Positions 24,906 to 38,360 of a stretch of DNA of 64,000 nt are shown piece after piece. The stretch covers positions 60,328,001-60,392,000 of the forward strand of contig CM052816.1 of assembly GCA_028534125.1 (NCBI GenBank), written 5' to 3'. This DNA comes from Lama glama (lineage: Eukaryota). How positions within the stretch are numbered: position 1 is the first letter of the stretch; the number at the start of each line of letters is the position of its first letter. A program made the translations under genes and the position numbers. The notes beneath the pieces were generated by a model that worked only from the letters and a program-made list of their open reading frames with translations, was not told the DNA's origin and made no database searches.

Positions 24906-27900
24906 GTGTTTTAATTTGTCTTATATTTTAGGCCAAAGGATATCCATGATGATTGATAAATTATTCTTCCAAAAAGGACAAAAAACCCAAACCCTATAAT
25001 CCCTACTGACCACAAAAACAAAGCCCAGCTTGGTCCAGCCTCAGCACTTAGCAGGTCTTCCCTTCCGTTCAGTTCCCCGCACTGCGCTCCCCAGGACCCC
25101 CGCTCTCCACGCTTAAACCCGCCCTCCGGGCTTCTGCTGTGCCCCCCCACCCGCCAGCTCCTCTTCTCTTTCTGATTGACAGCCTCTCATCCTTCTACAG
25201 CCAGAGAGCATCTCCTCGGGGAGCTCCCGGCTGAACTGGAATCACACAGAGTTCATCCTCTCTCCCCTTGTCTGTTATTATATGACAGTTAACTGTTTTC
25301 ATGTCAGTCTTCCCGGAGGGAAGGTCATGGGTCATCCATCTTGGTAGCCCAGCCTCTGCTGCGGGGTGGTGATTGGCAATCAATACATGTTTGTAAGATG
25401 AATGAATGGTTCCACAATGTGCATGGCCACACAGGTGGCTTCAAATCTCTTTTGACGAGGGAGGGTGGAGACAAGGAGGAAGTGGGGCCCAGGTTCCCCT
25501 CTTGCTGTACTGCTTGGTGCTTTCACTGCCTTGTTAACACAGGGCTGATTTCCCCCCAGTTCAGCTGTTTCCATTTGCCTGCCCATCCCCCACACCCTGA
25601 TTCCATCTCCCCAAATCTTACCCTTCCTCCAAGCCTGGCCTCCTACCTTACCCCCCCTAAAGACCTTTTCCAGCTATACATGCACAGGCAGGCCCCAGGT
25701 AGAGGGAAGAGAAATAGGTTAAGTTGTAAAACCACTCCAGGCCTCCTGCTCACAGAAGGCCAGCCCTGAAGACAATCCTGGTTTGGTAACACAGACGGCA
25801 AAGGCCTCCCTACAGACAGTGCCCGGGTGTCTCGCGCTGCTCAAGAGCCTGGTCTTCCCAGGAGGAAAACCTAGTGTCCCTCAAGCTGCTGCTACAGCAA
25901 GGCCTTCTTCCCTTGTCACCTGCAGGGTACCTTCCCCTTGCCCGCACCCCAGGCCCCTGATTCCACGGCCTGGCCCAGGTCAGCACGGACCTCTCGGCAT
26001 CACTCCACACAGGGGGCAACTCTACTGTGTGAAACCATTCTGTTCCACGTCTGTGAAACCACTCGCCTGCTTCTCCCCGAATCCCTGCCCGCATCTCCTC
26101 CAGCTCCTCAGCCCCACAGCCGTACCTGCGGGTTCCCAGGCCGAGCCTCGGAGACACTTCTCAATAGCTGACCTCGTCTAGTCCCATAGCCTTATATCTC
26201 CCCTACCGGCCCAGAAGATCTAATGCTTCTCTGAAATTCAGATGTCACATGAGTGCCGTATAAATGTCCCAAATTTAACATAAACAAAACCAGACTCTTG
26301 TTTTCTGCCACCAGCGGCTCCTTCTCAAGTCTTCCCCACTGTGGGAACCAGAACCACCATCTCCTCGGTGACTCCAGCCAACAATTGAGAAACGCCTCCG
26401 GATTCTGATTTTCTCTCAACCCGCCTCTTTCAGCTTACCTGTCAGTGGGTCCTGTGCATCCTCCTCCAGAGCACAGGCTCAGTCCAACCACTTCTCTCCA
26501 ACCTCACCCATTATCCACCCCCACCCTCCCTCTACCCCTCCCCCACCCCCGCCCCACACCCACAGGCCCTTCCTTAGGTCGCTCTTGCCCTGGGAACCTC
26601 TCTGCCTGGAATGCTTTCACTTTGGTATTCTCATGGCTGGTGTTTTCCCATCATTCTGGTCCAGCTTGCATGTCATTCCCTCAGAAAAAAAGAAGCCACC
26701 AGACCACCCTACTTAATTCCTCTGCAAATCACCTGTTCTTCTCTGGTGTTTTTTTGGCTTGTATGTTTATGGTAGCATTCTTTTCTCCCTCCCCTAGACC
26801 TCGCTGGAATATAAGTTCCATGAGAGTAGAAACCTTCTCTATCCCATTCCCTGCTGCATCCTCAGAGCCCAGAACACAGCCCAGCCAGCAGCTGATGCTC
26901 AAAATGACCGCGTGCTGTCGGAATGAAGGTGGGGCCCACTGCCTGCATCTCCCCTGCGTCACTCCTCAACACTCCTGGCTAAAATAAGACTTTGGGATGC
27001 ACAATCCAAGACTTCTCTGTCCTCTCTCCATTTACACTTAACAAGAGTTTACTTTCTATCCTCCATAATCTGATGTTGTGAGTTAATCTTTGTATTTCTC
27101 CAGGATTTCTACCTTTAATAAGATTTCGTAGAAGGTAAGCCACCGGAATAGACCATCTGTCAATAAGTCACAACATCACATTAAAAAAAAAAACTGTAAG
27201 CCATCCTCCTCCTCATCAGCCTGACAGCTATTATTTGCTAATCAGCTCTGTGCCTGGTACTTAATCATCCTGGACACGGAAAGATAAGCATTAGCTTCCC
27301 CATCATATGGATGAAGAAACTGGGTCTCAGAGATACAGTGTAACTGGCACCAAGTCCTCTGAAGCAAGTGACAAAACCACAAGAGCCTGGCTAATGGTAG
27401 GTTAAAATGTCTCAGAGGGAGGTCTAGATATATTAAACAAAATAACTGTCTGTTTACCTCTAAATCAGCATCTCAAATCCCAGCTTCTGATAAAGTCACA
27501 AGAACGATCAGATCCAGAGTCACACATTCTGATTCCTGGAACAAAGCGAAGTGGTGGCCATCTGCGATCCCGGAGAAGCAGCACCACAAAGACAAGTGAC
27601 ATTAATGTCTCCAGAACTGCACCCATACACTGGCTTCACCTGGGGTCTCGCCCACAAATGCTGCCGTTTGTGGCGGCCCCCGTGACATTTCAATCCTCCT
27701 AATGAAGAAGCTACGAAGAGATGTTGGGAGCACAGGAAAGGCTCACTGGCAGCAAAAGGCTAGAATTTTCAACCGCGTTTCTACTGCTCTGATGAAATGA
27801 AGTCAGCTAGATAGTCACGGCCATGCTCACCACTGAGCTCCCTAAATAAAAATGCTAAATCAAAGCTGTAACTCTCTGATGAATGGGGTAGCATTGCTCG

Positions 27901-30900
27901 ATACATATTTTAGTGTACTGCAGATTGATATTAAAACTAAATCTAACTAGACAATGAACCCTGTGTAGTTGGGGAAATTAATCACCAGCCAAAGGGCACC
28001 ACAGCCCAGCAGAGGCTGCAGGCTGGCAACCTACTTCGAGCAAATTGCCGACAGGCACTTTAATGAGGGAGAAAATACGAGCTACCGTAACTGGTCAAAT
28101 CAGCTCCTGCAGGAGGGAAGGCACATTAACTGATGGGCTGATATCCGCAGCCAAAAGATCAGCTGCCATGGAGAACAAAAGGCTGTCAAAGCAGGATGCC
28201 GTTGCTAAGCCAAGGCAGCCCAGGGTGAGGGTTTAAGCTGCAATGTGACGTTCTCAAGGGGAACTCAAGTTTTGTTTCTAACGTCAGCTCTTGAGGTGAT
28301 TTTTATTGATGTCGCTAGCTCTCCCCGACTACCAACAGGAGATTCCAACAGGTTGTCATGATGTCTTGGGCTTTAGAGACTTTGATAAATAATCAAAATT
28401 TGCTGTCATACCTGATGACATAATTTTCCTACCTATGCAGGTAGTGATGTCCAGACACATTTGTATCACTCGATTGCATCTCTGAGTGAGCCTTACATCA
28501 AGTGAGACACTTTGCCAAACCTTGATTAGAATCAACTTCAGTCTCCTGAAGGAAAGAGAAATGGCTATTGTTTCCCACTTTTTTTTTAAATTGACATATA
28601 GTCGGTTTATAATAATGGTGGTTTTTAAGGTGAGCGCACGTGGGGACACACACAAGCACACATACACAGTGATGTCCAGACTGGGGTTAAGGCCACTACT
28701 GTTAAGGGAAAAAGAACATTTCGCCTGCAGAGAGCTGCAAGACCATCGCACAAGGAGGAACCGGGTCCTGGCCTTGGCATTTTCTAGTTGGCGAGCCCGT
28801 GGGCAGTAACGGAATCCCTGCAAATCCTGATTTCCTCACCTATAAAGTGGGAATCTCACCGCCGAGTAACTCCGTCTGCTCTACCTGCTCCCACAAAGGG
28901 GAGGCCTCAGATTACTGGGGCTTCCTCACACATCACAAAGGAAAAGTGATAGGGTCAAGTTCAAATCAACAAACAGTGGGCATGACCTCACTGAGCTTTT
29001 ATGAGGCACCAATTAGAGTCTATACGTGAGGAGTGTCCCTAAATTGGAGAGCTCTGTACAACTACTGAGCCAAATTGATCTTGGCAGAGACACCAAGCTT
29101 TCAGTGCTTCCCCAGAAGCTGTGTCCCTGCACAGCCCTCAGAACCAAAGTGGGCCAGAGAGTGTCTTGAAAAATGCAATCCCCAAATTAACTGGGGCAAA
29201 AATAAGGCTAGCCCTAGCCTTCCTTATCTTTCAACAACCCAAATCAATTTATAAGGTGATGGAATGCATGCTCTCCCAATACAAGTTTGGAATATATATA
29301 TATCTACTTTTAGAAGCTTCTAAAGCTTCTGGCCAATTTCTGTCGAAACAAATCCAATGCAACTATGCCACTTTCACAATTTCCACTGCCAAATCCATGG
29401 CCTAGGTGCTGCCGCCCCATCTCACCCTCATTCCTGTTGCTACCACAGTAAGTAGTGCTGACTCATTATACAGTTTTTAGCCATCAAGCCCCTAGCTGAG
29501 CCTCAGAATTCTTCTTAACGCAGGGTTCTAAGTGCCTCTTCACAAGAGTAGTTGAAAAGAAGTATTTATTATTAGCGATCTCTAAAAGAGAGAAATGAGC
29601 AATTGGCTTAGTTAAATGGCTTTCCAAAAAGAAAATTTCTCCATTGGGCTCATCATTGCCAATAAATAAAAGCATCAATATTAGATAATTTCATCCATTC
29701 AATCAATAGAGTCAGCTGTTCTGGGTAACATTTCACAAGTACCTCACCCTAGAAGGCTTAATAATAAGCAGTGCTCCCCAGAGTTACCCGTTCTATTATG
29801 AGGTACGTGGGGAAGCAGCAGGTTACAAAATTTTGCCTTTAAAGTGTTTGTGCCCAGCTGATCTCTCTGGTACTCAGCTGCACAGAGCCTGGGGTCTCAG
29901 AATTCCTCAGGGGGATCGTAGGAGAAGGAGCTTTTCTGCCCGGCTTCTGGGGGCGTCGCTAGAGGACCTAGAGGCTACATGCCTGAGCTGGGACATCGGG
30001 TTGTTCAGGTGTTTCTCCAATCAGAGTATTCGGTTTACTCCCCAGTTAGCAGGACTCAGGAAGTCACAGCTGAACGTGCCCCGTCAGGGCTAGTCCCTGT
30101 TCTCTGAACCGGGAACTGCTCACAGTTTTTCCTTCATCGAGCCCCAGACCACAGGAAGAAGCAGCAAGGCGGGTTCTGTGGAGCGTCTGCCTCCCACTCG
30201 CAGTCTGACAGAGGCCTGGGAGCCCTGCTGACACCTCCCACATCTCCCTCCCCCCCACACAGGGAGCCCCGGGACCCCTCCCTGCTCCAGCAGCAGCACC
30301 CCAGCAGCAGGCGGGATGTTCCCACTCGGCTGTTATGCCGTCGTTTTCAGATTCGACATTACTAAACACAACCAAAAATGAAATCGTTATTTCCCAAGTT
30401 GATGTTTCTCCTAACTCCCTATTTCTCTCTGAAATATCACAGTTCCTTCAGCCTCCATCAAGCCTCCCATCTCTCAGCTGGTCTAGCGACTCTCCTTCCG
30501 AAATACCCTTCATATTCTTCCTTCCTCTTCTCAATGTCATCCTCCTAGTTCTGCCCTTTATTCTTCCTTTTCGGTGCTTTGCTTCCTCCTCTCTATTCGT
30601 ACCATGTTTCTCCAGGGCAAAGACCTTACTAAAGTTCCATCTTCTCAGTGGAAAACCTCAGACACGCTCCACGCTGAGAAAATAACACCCAAGACTTGTG
30701 GACTGGCACGTGAGGTACTCTACACTTTGTGCTCCTCCTTTCCCTTCCGTGAAGCCTCCGCTGTCCACGCTGCAGTTACTCAAGCTCTTGGACAAGCCAC
30801 ATCATCGCCCCCTCCCCGGATCACACATCCGTCATTCCTTCCACTCTGACCCCTGAGGACCCGCCTTCCTTTCACTTACTTAGCCCCTCGTCAACCTCAA

Positions 30901-33552
30901 CGGTCCAGTTCAAATCCTGCTCCCAAATTCCTAAATCCTCTGGCTGCACCACTTAGGTGGCCCTTGTAACATCATCCTCTGCATTTTATTTTTTCAGGCG
31001 TCCAGGCTGAAGTAAATTGTTACTTAAAACCAAAGTTAAGTTCCAAGAAAATCAGAACACCTCCTCTTCTGGTAACTTTCATGGCATTAGGAGAGCACAC
31101 CGCCAGAGGCGGCTCTATGTGCTGACTGACTGACGTGCTACAACTTACAAGTTGTTTTGAGATGACTTCCTAAGCACCGAGTTTAGAACACAGAATGAAC
31201 TCGAATGGGTGCATCTGAGGTCTTGCCTCCCGTTAGTAACCCTCACTCTCATTACCAAAAACTCACCCAAGAGCCACCCAGCCTTGGAAGCTCTTAAGAA
31301 ACCACCATTTTTGGACGGAAGAGAAGAGGTAAGTTCATTTTATGGAAAATAAATAGAAAAAATATTTCTGACTTTAATACCAGTTTAAACTGATCGCAGA
31401 AATTTCAAAGTATATCCTCTCTCATGTCCATTCATAACCACACTTTCAACCTGTATGTATAATAACACAGTGCCTCAGAATAAGCAAGCAGTATAAAAAT
31501 TTGCATGCTTTTACAGTAACCTACACAGTGGTTGGATAAAACCCACGTGGGAGTGCCCCCGAACGGGGAATAGCAGTGGACATGCCTTCGGAGATAGGAC
31601 AGCCGTTGAGTTCTAAGTGCTGAGTTCAAATCCTCTAACAGACAAAACAAGGAAACACATTCTCTCTCAAGCTCTTTCAGTTCTGTTTTCACAAGAGAAT
31701 ATAAAACCAAATGGAATCTCACGTATTTCAACAGCTGTGGTAATTTATCATCTTTTTTTCCTTTTGGAACTAGACAATGGCCACCGTAACCTTGAGGTGT
31801 AACCTGAGGGGTCATGAAGGTGGAGGACAGTGACTCATGCCTGTGAAGCTGTTATGAGCAATCTGTGAGTCCAAACACTGCCAACAGTCTGAATAAGCAA
31901 AGCCACACACAGAACCACTAGTATGTTTCTCAAATGTCTATAGATGCTGTTGGGAGCAATAAATCAGAGAATATTAAATGTCTTGGAATTCACAATCATT
32001 TGCTGCTTTCCATCTTTTCTTAATCAAGAGATACCTTCAATTAAGGGGTTGTGTGGGGTATTCTACCAAAAAACCTGACATTAAAAAAGGATTCCCAGAA
32101 TGACAAAAGTGAGACCATCTCTACCAGATTCTTGACGCTGACCTCGTACTCACCCAGTGCCACACAGTCCTGGGGCTTTTCAAGCTTTCAGGCTGCTGGT
32201 GGTCCCCGTGCCATGTCTATGAAAGTCAGCTCCCTTTGTAACTCCCATTATTGATAGAAGAATATAGATGCAAATGAGTTGAGGATGGTGGTCAGTGGCT
32301 ACTGAAAGGATAAACAGGGCACTCATTTATCCAGATTTTATCTCACATTGAGCTAAACAGAAAGCTCATATAACCAAGGCTCCAAGACAGTGCTCTAAAT
32401 TCCAGAAAGGTACAGGTAAAGGGTAGAGAAATCAAGCACTTTATAACTGTCGCACACAAAATCTCCAGATCTACACAGCGGGGATGCTAACTGTCCAGAC
32501 CCCTCTGCCGGATGCCAGGGTCTAGGAATTCCCCCCCACGTCCTGGTTCCTGAGCAAGTCCGCAGAGTCCCCTCTGTTCAACACCTGACTTCATTCTCCT
32601 AACGCCTGTGCAGAGGGAGTAGCATGGGATTCTCATGACCCTATTACTGCTGTCACACTTCAGTCAAGCTGTTTCCTTACTTCTTCCCAATACGCGGCTG
32701 AGAGCTCCCTGAGTGGAGGGATGGAACCCTGTTTATTCTCATCTCACCACCACACCAGGCTCTCAGATGCAAATTGGCTGTTGAATGAATGCAAGCACCT
32801 GAAGCCCCAGCCCTGGGGGAGGGGCAGGAGCAGCAGGGCAGGCCAGGAGGCCTAGAGCACGGGTCTGCAGCCCGGTCTGCAACAGGAGACTTTTAACAGC
32901 TGCTGGGGAGGAAAAGTGAGCCAAGCCAAGCACTCTGCAGGAAGCGGTAAGGCATTGGAGGGCTGGAATGGCAGGTCATCCTGCGGCTTTTATTTGGAGC
33001 CGTGTGCACTGTCTGTAATGTGTCAGGAAGCCACCACATACATGGAAACTGAAGCAGCAAAGATTCCATGAGATGTGGCTAAAAGGCACCATCAACTAGA
33101 CAGCAAGGGATTCTCTCCTCTGTGTAAATACAGACACATGGTCACACATATGCTCAAAGGCATCCAAAATCTGGAAGGTTCAGACAGCACCTCAAGAAGG
33201 AATAAGGCCCCTGGGCTGTGGGAAACACGCTGGGCATCTTCCAACCTTTAAAGACCTTTATCCTTTAAGGATGCCCTCAGGGTACCACCTCTCCCACGTC
33301 TGTCCCTGACCTCTCCAGCCACAGTGGTCTAGCTCTTTCATGACCATCTTTACGAGCAGTATTAGAAGGAGGCGGGGTGCTGGGCGTGAAGGACCATGGC
33401 ACTAACAATCAGAAAAGCTGGTTCAGGTCACATGACTCCCCCAGGCCGTGGTCCCCCTTCTGTGAAAGGGAGGCAGAGGGGCTCATCCACAGGGCCCTCA
33501 CAGAGTCATCTGAGGGTCACAAGAAAGTGAGGGAGTACACAGTTTACCATTT

Positions 33553-33945
33553 CATTTGGTTTCTATGGCTGCTACGACAGATTACCACAAACCGGGTAGT
33601 TTTAGACAAGGAAAAGGCATTCTCTCACCATCCTGGAGGCCAAAAGTCCAAAATCAGATCAAAGGCCAACTCCGGATGTCAGCAGGCTGTGCTTCCTCAG
33701 GAGGCACCAGGGGACAGCCTGCCGCCTGCCTCTTCCGGCTTCTCTGTGTCCAATCTCCCTCTGCCTCTCTCAGGATTATTGTGATTGGATTAACAACCCA
33801 CCAGGATAATCCAGTGTAATCTCTTCATCTCAAAATCCTTAAATTAATCACAACCTAAAAGGCTCTTTTTCCAAATAAGATAATGTCTACTAGTTGCAGG
33901 GATTAGGATCTGAAACCTTTGGGGCCACCATTCAGGCCAATCCAC
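33553..33945 (-). mobile_element. MaLR LTR (MLT1C-like)
   Basis: GGCTGCT...ATTACCACAAAC...CTGGAGGCCAAAAGTCCAAAATCA ... ATCTCAAAATCCTTAAATTAATCAC...TTTCCAAATAAG. Confidence 0.75.
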
Positions 33946-33998
33946 TCACCAACTACATTAAGTGTTTAAAGTACAATTCCTGCCCTGTATTTGTTTCT

Positions 33999-34203
33999 TT
34001 CTTTCTTTCTTTTTTGCATATATCTTTTTTTTAAATTTTAACAGTGATTTTTATTTATTTATTTATTTTGGGTTTTTTTTTGGGGGGGAGGGTTATTAGG
34101 TTTATTTATATCTTTATTTTTAAGAGGAGGTACTGGGGATTGAACCCAGGATCTCAGGCATGTTAAGCATGTGCTCTACCACTGAGCTATACCCTCTCCC
34201 CCC
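33999..34203 (-). mobile_element. tRNA-derived SINE (camelid Vic-1-like) with long compound A-rich tail
   Basis: Minus strand GGGTATAGCTCAGTGGTAGAG ... GGGTTCAATCCCCAGTACCTCC. TSD GTATTYGTTTCT at 33987-33998 and 34204-34215 (one C/T difference). Confidence 0.88.
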
Positions 34204-35169
34204 GTATTCGTTTCTAATTCACCTCCTCTCAGCTAGAACATAAATTCTTTGAGAATAAGAACAACTCTCATACTCTGCATGTCCCATGAAGGCTTTTAAG
34301 GTATTATTTGTTCATTTGGAAAATAAAATCATTATTCTACTCAAGTTTTAGATCCCATGTAAAAATTCTAACGCAATGTGAAGTGTTTCATTTTTTTTTT
34401 TTCTAAAATAGCCAGAGCTTCTGTTCAGAGAAGCTGGGGAAAGAGGGACCACATCATAGATGCTTCCACTGTCTCTGCCAAGCACCTTGCACTGAGTGTC
34501 ACTTGTGACGCACTGTTAGTGCAAACCGTTCCACACCATCACCGAAATCCAAAGGCAGGAAAACCACTGGAAGTAAAATCGCAATAAACTCCCTCTAAAC
34601 GAATGCGTGTGAGCTCCATGTAGCCCGATTCACCTCAGTATCAAGAATAGAAAATTCAGCAGCTAATCTGGAAGAGTTTGATGAAGGCTCAAAATGGGGA
34701 GTACATGCATTCAGTCATTTTTTTCGACAAGTATTTATTGAGGACATACTATGTACCCAGTAGCGAGGAAAACAGGCACATCACTGCCAGTTTAAGGGCT
34801 TCATGCTAGTTGGGCAAAATAAATAACAAACAAACCTTATACAACGAGGGGGATACACATCAAAGGGGACCTCAGGAAAGAGGTTTAAGGGAGGGGGTGT
34901 TGGGGCTCTCTAAGAGGGGCTGTCACAGTGGTGCCTAGTTCAGACAGTAAGGAAGTGAAGGAGAGGTCAGGTGACTGGAGAGCAGGAGCAAGAGTGCTCC
35001 TCCAGCCGTTCCCAACAGCTGGAACAGCTTGCTGTGTCAGAAGATGAGGTGCTCGAAGACCAACAGGACCAGGTCAAAAGGAGTTGTCTTGACAGGCTTC
35101 CCACTGATGAATTTGGGGACATCCTGACCAACAAAAACAGGAACGGTGGTCACGGATTATCACGCACCA

Positions 35170-36125
35170 AATAGATGTTATCTATTTTATTCATTGAAAA
35201 AGATGCATGAATCGTTAATGATACTCCTAAAAATAGGGGGAGAGGAAGGAGGATGACTTATTCTCTAACTGAAAAATACCAGCTAACAGTAGAATTAGAA
35301 AACTGTCACTTAACAAACAGCAACATGGCAACTGACTCCAGCAAGATCACCGAAGAATGCAAAAACCATCAGGCAAAATTTTGTTGCGAAAAGGATACTC
35401 ATGTGAACTCAGAATGTTGCTCTAGAGCTTACCCAATAAAGCAAAAGGCATAAAACCACAGGGAAAAGTCTGGCAGGCACTAGATTTAGGGCTTCCCAAT
35501 GTGATGCTCTGGGTAAGACACCTTCTCCTGTTCTTGTCAAACATGCTCAACCTCAATCTAATGATGAAGAAGCCATCAGATAAACTGAGATGGTGGGATA
35601 GCCAATCACACAGTTGTCCTGTACTCTTGAAGAGTGTCAACATTATAAAAAGACCAAAAAAAAAAAAAGTAAACCTGTTCTAAATTAAAGGAGACTAAAG
35701 AGATCTGACAACTATGTGGAATAGATAATCTTTAATTGGATTCTGGATTTAAAAATACAACTTGAAAGAACTTTTGGAGGCATAACTGCAGAAATCTGAT
35801 ATGGACTGCATATCAGATAATATTGCAATCATGTTCAACCTAGGAGTATAATAATGACATAATGATGTTATGGCTATGAAGAGCAGGTACTTGTTCTCAG
35901 GAGATAAATGTTGGAGTATTTAGGGGTGAAATGTCTGAATGTCTGCAAATTACTCTCAAATGGTTCAGCAAAAAAAAAAAAAAACTTTTAATATGTATGT
36001 ATACTAAAAGGGAAGGAGGCAGGAAGATAAAGCCAATGTGGTGAGTGTCAACTGGTGAATCAAGGTGAACATGGGTGTTGTCTGTACTGTTCTAACTCTT
36101 TTGGTAGGTTTGGAATTTTTTAAGA
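35170..36125 (+). mobile_element. Old L1 (L1MC/L1ME-like) 3' UTR fragment
   Basis: AAATTAAAGGAGACTAAAGAGATCTGACAACT, GTATTTAGGGGTGA, CAAATTACTCTCAAATGGTTCAG, CTGTACTGTTCTAACTCTTTTG. Confidence 0.65.
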
Positions 36126-37154
36126 AGGAGAAAGGGCAAGGGGAGAACATTCTAGGAACAGGAGACAAAAGGCCAAGACACGAACATGCCAGAATGGTCA
36201 AGAAAAAGAGCCCAAAGCATCCAGAATGAAATGTGTGAGAGGCAGCAGGAAGGCGGGTCATGGAAGACGGGAGGGCTCTGAGTAGAGCGACTTACACAAG
36301 ACCACGCCGAGTACGCGATGGAGAATGAGCCCAGCAGGGCTGAAGGGCTGAACTGAAGCAGGGGATAAGCTAGGAGGCTGCTACCAAATCTAGGGATATG
36401 GCTTTCTGACTTAAGCCAAGTTAGTATTTAACATAAACAGGAAAAGAAAAACAAGTCCAATACTGGTGAAGGAAAAGTAGATGTTCTCTCACTTAGGGGT
36501 ATCCCCATGCTGTTTTATTAGCTGGATCCAGTAATAATTCACCTTGCATGCTGCCAGGGGGAACGTAGGAGAAAAGCCTAAGAACCCATGAAATTGAGCT
36601 CATCTCTCATCACCTGGGATCATGAATACAGCTACCCTGTTTTCATAACTTCTCACCATTGTCATGTTCCATGAGAATATGCAACATCCTGCTGCTACAA
36701 AGGTCGGGCTTTGCAGCTCATTTTGAATGCTGGGTTTCCAAGAACAATATGAAGCTAATAATAATAATAAACCCCCCCCCCCAGAATCCTCATGTTGGAA
36801 CTTTTCACAAACGCTACCTAATTAATTCTTATAACACCTCCAAGAGGTATTATTATCCCCATGTTACTGCTGGAGAAACTTGAGAATTTCTTGTCTTGTC
36901 TTTTTTTTTTTTTTAAATTCTGCATTGGTATCACTCCTCTGACTGAGACACCTCTGAGTTTCTTGTTGTATCATCATCTTTTGCTTTCAAAGAATATCAC
37001 AACCTCATTCTCTTATCAACAGGGAGGGTGTTAATGGCTGTAGCCACATTTTAAGTGTAGGAAATCAGTTTTTCAAAATGGTGTGAAATGTCTTTTTCCT
37101 AGTCTCAAAGCAATGTAGTAACAAAATGGAACATAGGGCAAAACTCACCCCCAT

Positions 37155-37195
37155 ACACACACACACACACACACACACACATGCACACACACACA
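37155..37195. repeat. (CA)n microsatellite
   Basis: Direct reading of the CA dinucleotide run. Confidence 0.9.
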
Positions 37196-37414
37196 AAGCA
37201 ATTTTTTCATTTATCCCAAGATGATCTAGTAAGGGAGAGATAAATGCTAAGGTTCCATAGAATAATTTCAATATATTCTAAAACCAAAATTCAAAATTTG
37301 GTTAAATAAACAGGTCACAATATTTGGTCCAGAAAGACAATGTTGCAATGAACACTCATGAGTGATGAGGGCCAAATGAATGTATAATGGTGAGTGGTAA
37401 AAACGAAGTGTCTA

Positions 37415-37485
37415 ATTGGAATTTGACACAACATTGTAAAATGATTATAAATCAATAAAAAATGTTAAAAAAAAAAAAAACAAAC
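37415..37485 (+). mobile_element. Extremely 5'-truncated young L1 3' end with poly(A) and 13-bp TSD
   Basis: GAATTTGACACAACATTGTAAA...TCAATAAAAAA followed by poly(A). Perfect TSD AACGAAGTGTCTA at 37402-37414 and 37486-37498. Confidence 0.8.
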
Positions 37486-38149
37486 AACGAAGTGTCTAGG
37501 CTCCTTGCGCTTGGGGTGGGGTTCCTTCTACAGGCCTTTAGAAGCATGCCTTCTAATAGAGCTGACAGGGCCTAAGACCACCACACCAACGGGGAGACGC
37601 TGCCAGCACGGAGCAGAAGCAGGCCAGCGCCGGTGGAGGGAACTGGGCACAGACTGCCCGGGTTAGGGCAGCCGTAGCTCTCAGTGCCTTTGGGGCCCAT
37701 GGCCTGGTTTCCAAATGAAATCAATTTAACCTTCAGTGTATCACTTAGGCTCTGTCTAAAATAAAACCTAAAAAAACCCAGAAAATAGGGCACCACAGTT
37801 CAAAATATGCTCCCTGGTCCCATAACCACACTCCCAACAGAGGACTGAAAAATTGACTTGTACGGTGAACCAAACAGATGAGCTTCAGATGGTAACAAAA
37901 ATCACCTTCCCTTTAAAGAGCATATTCGATCTAGAACGCAAAGTTAACAGGACTGCAAACTGAAGTGTGTTGAAGGAAGGTGTAGACAGTGCCGCTTGAT
38001 GCCCTAGAATGACAGTGGGGGTTCTTCCCCTGGAGGCTTGAGTCTGAACCAGATCAAGCCTCTCACTAGGTGTTGGTAAGTGGATACAATTTGTTCAAAC
38101 TTGGAGGCTTTGAGAGTGAAAGGGGGCACTTTTAACAATCACTCTGGGA

Positions 38150-38360
38150 CAGGAGGCATGAGCTGAACTGAACCTGGGCATGCTGAGATGCATGGTCACG
38201 ACGGAGAAGTTTGTTTCTCTGGACCTCAGTTTTCCCATCTGTAAAATGTGAAACTGTGTTTCTTGCCTAACAGGCACTGTGAGAACCACAGGAGTTAACA
38301 TACGTAAAGCACTTAGGAGAGCGTAGGGCACATAGCAAGGTCTCAGTGAACGCTGGAAAC
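38150..38360 (+). mobile_element. MIR SINE
   Basis: CTCTGGACCTCAGTTTTCCCATCTGTAAAATG (MIR core)...ACGTAAAGCACTTAG...GGCACATAGCAAG. Confidence 0.75.

Noticed and set aside
31098..31115. CTCF-like CCGCCAGAGGCGGC
   Set aside because: Spacing deviates from the core consensus; too weak to call without data.
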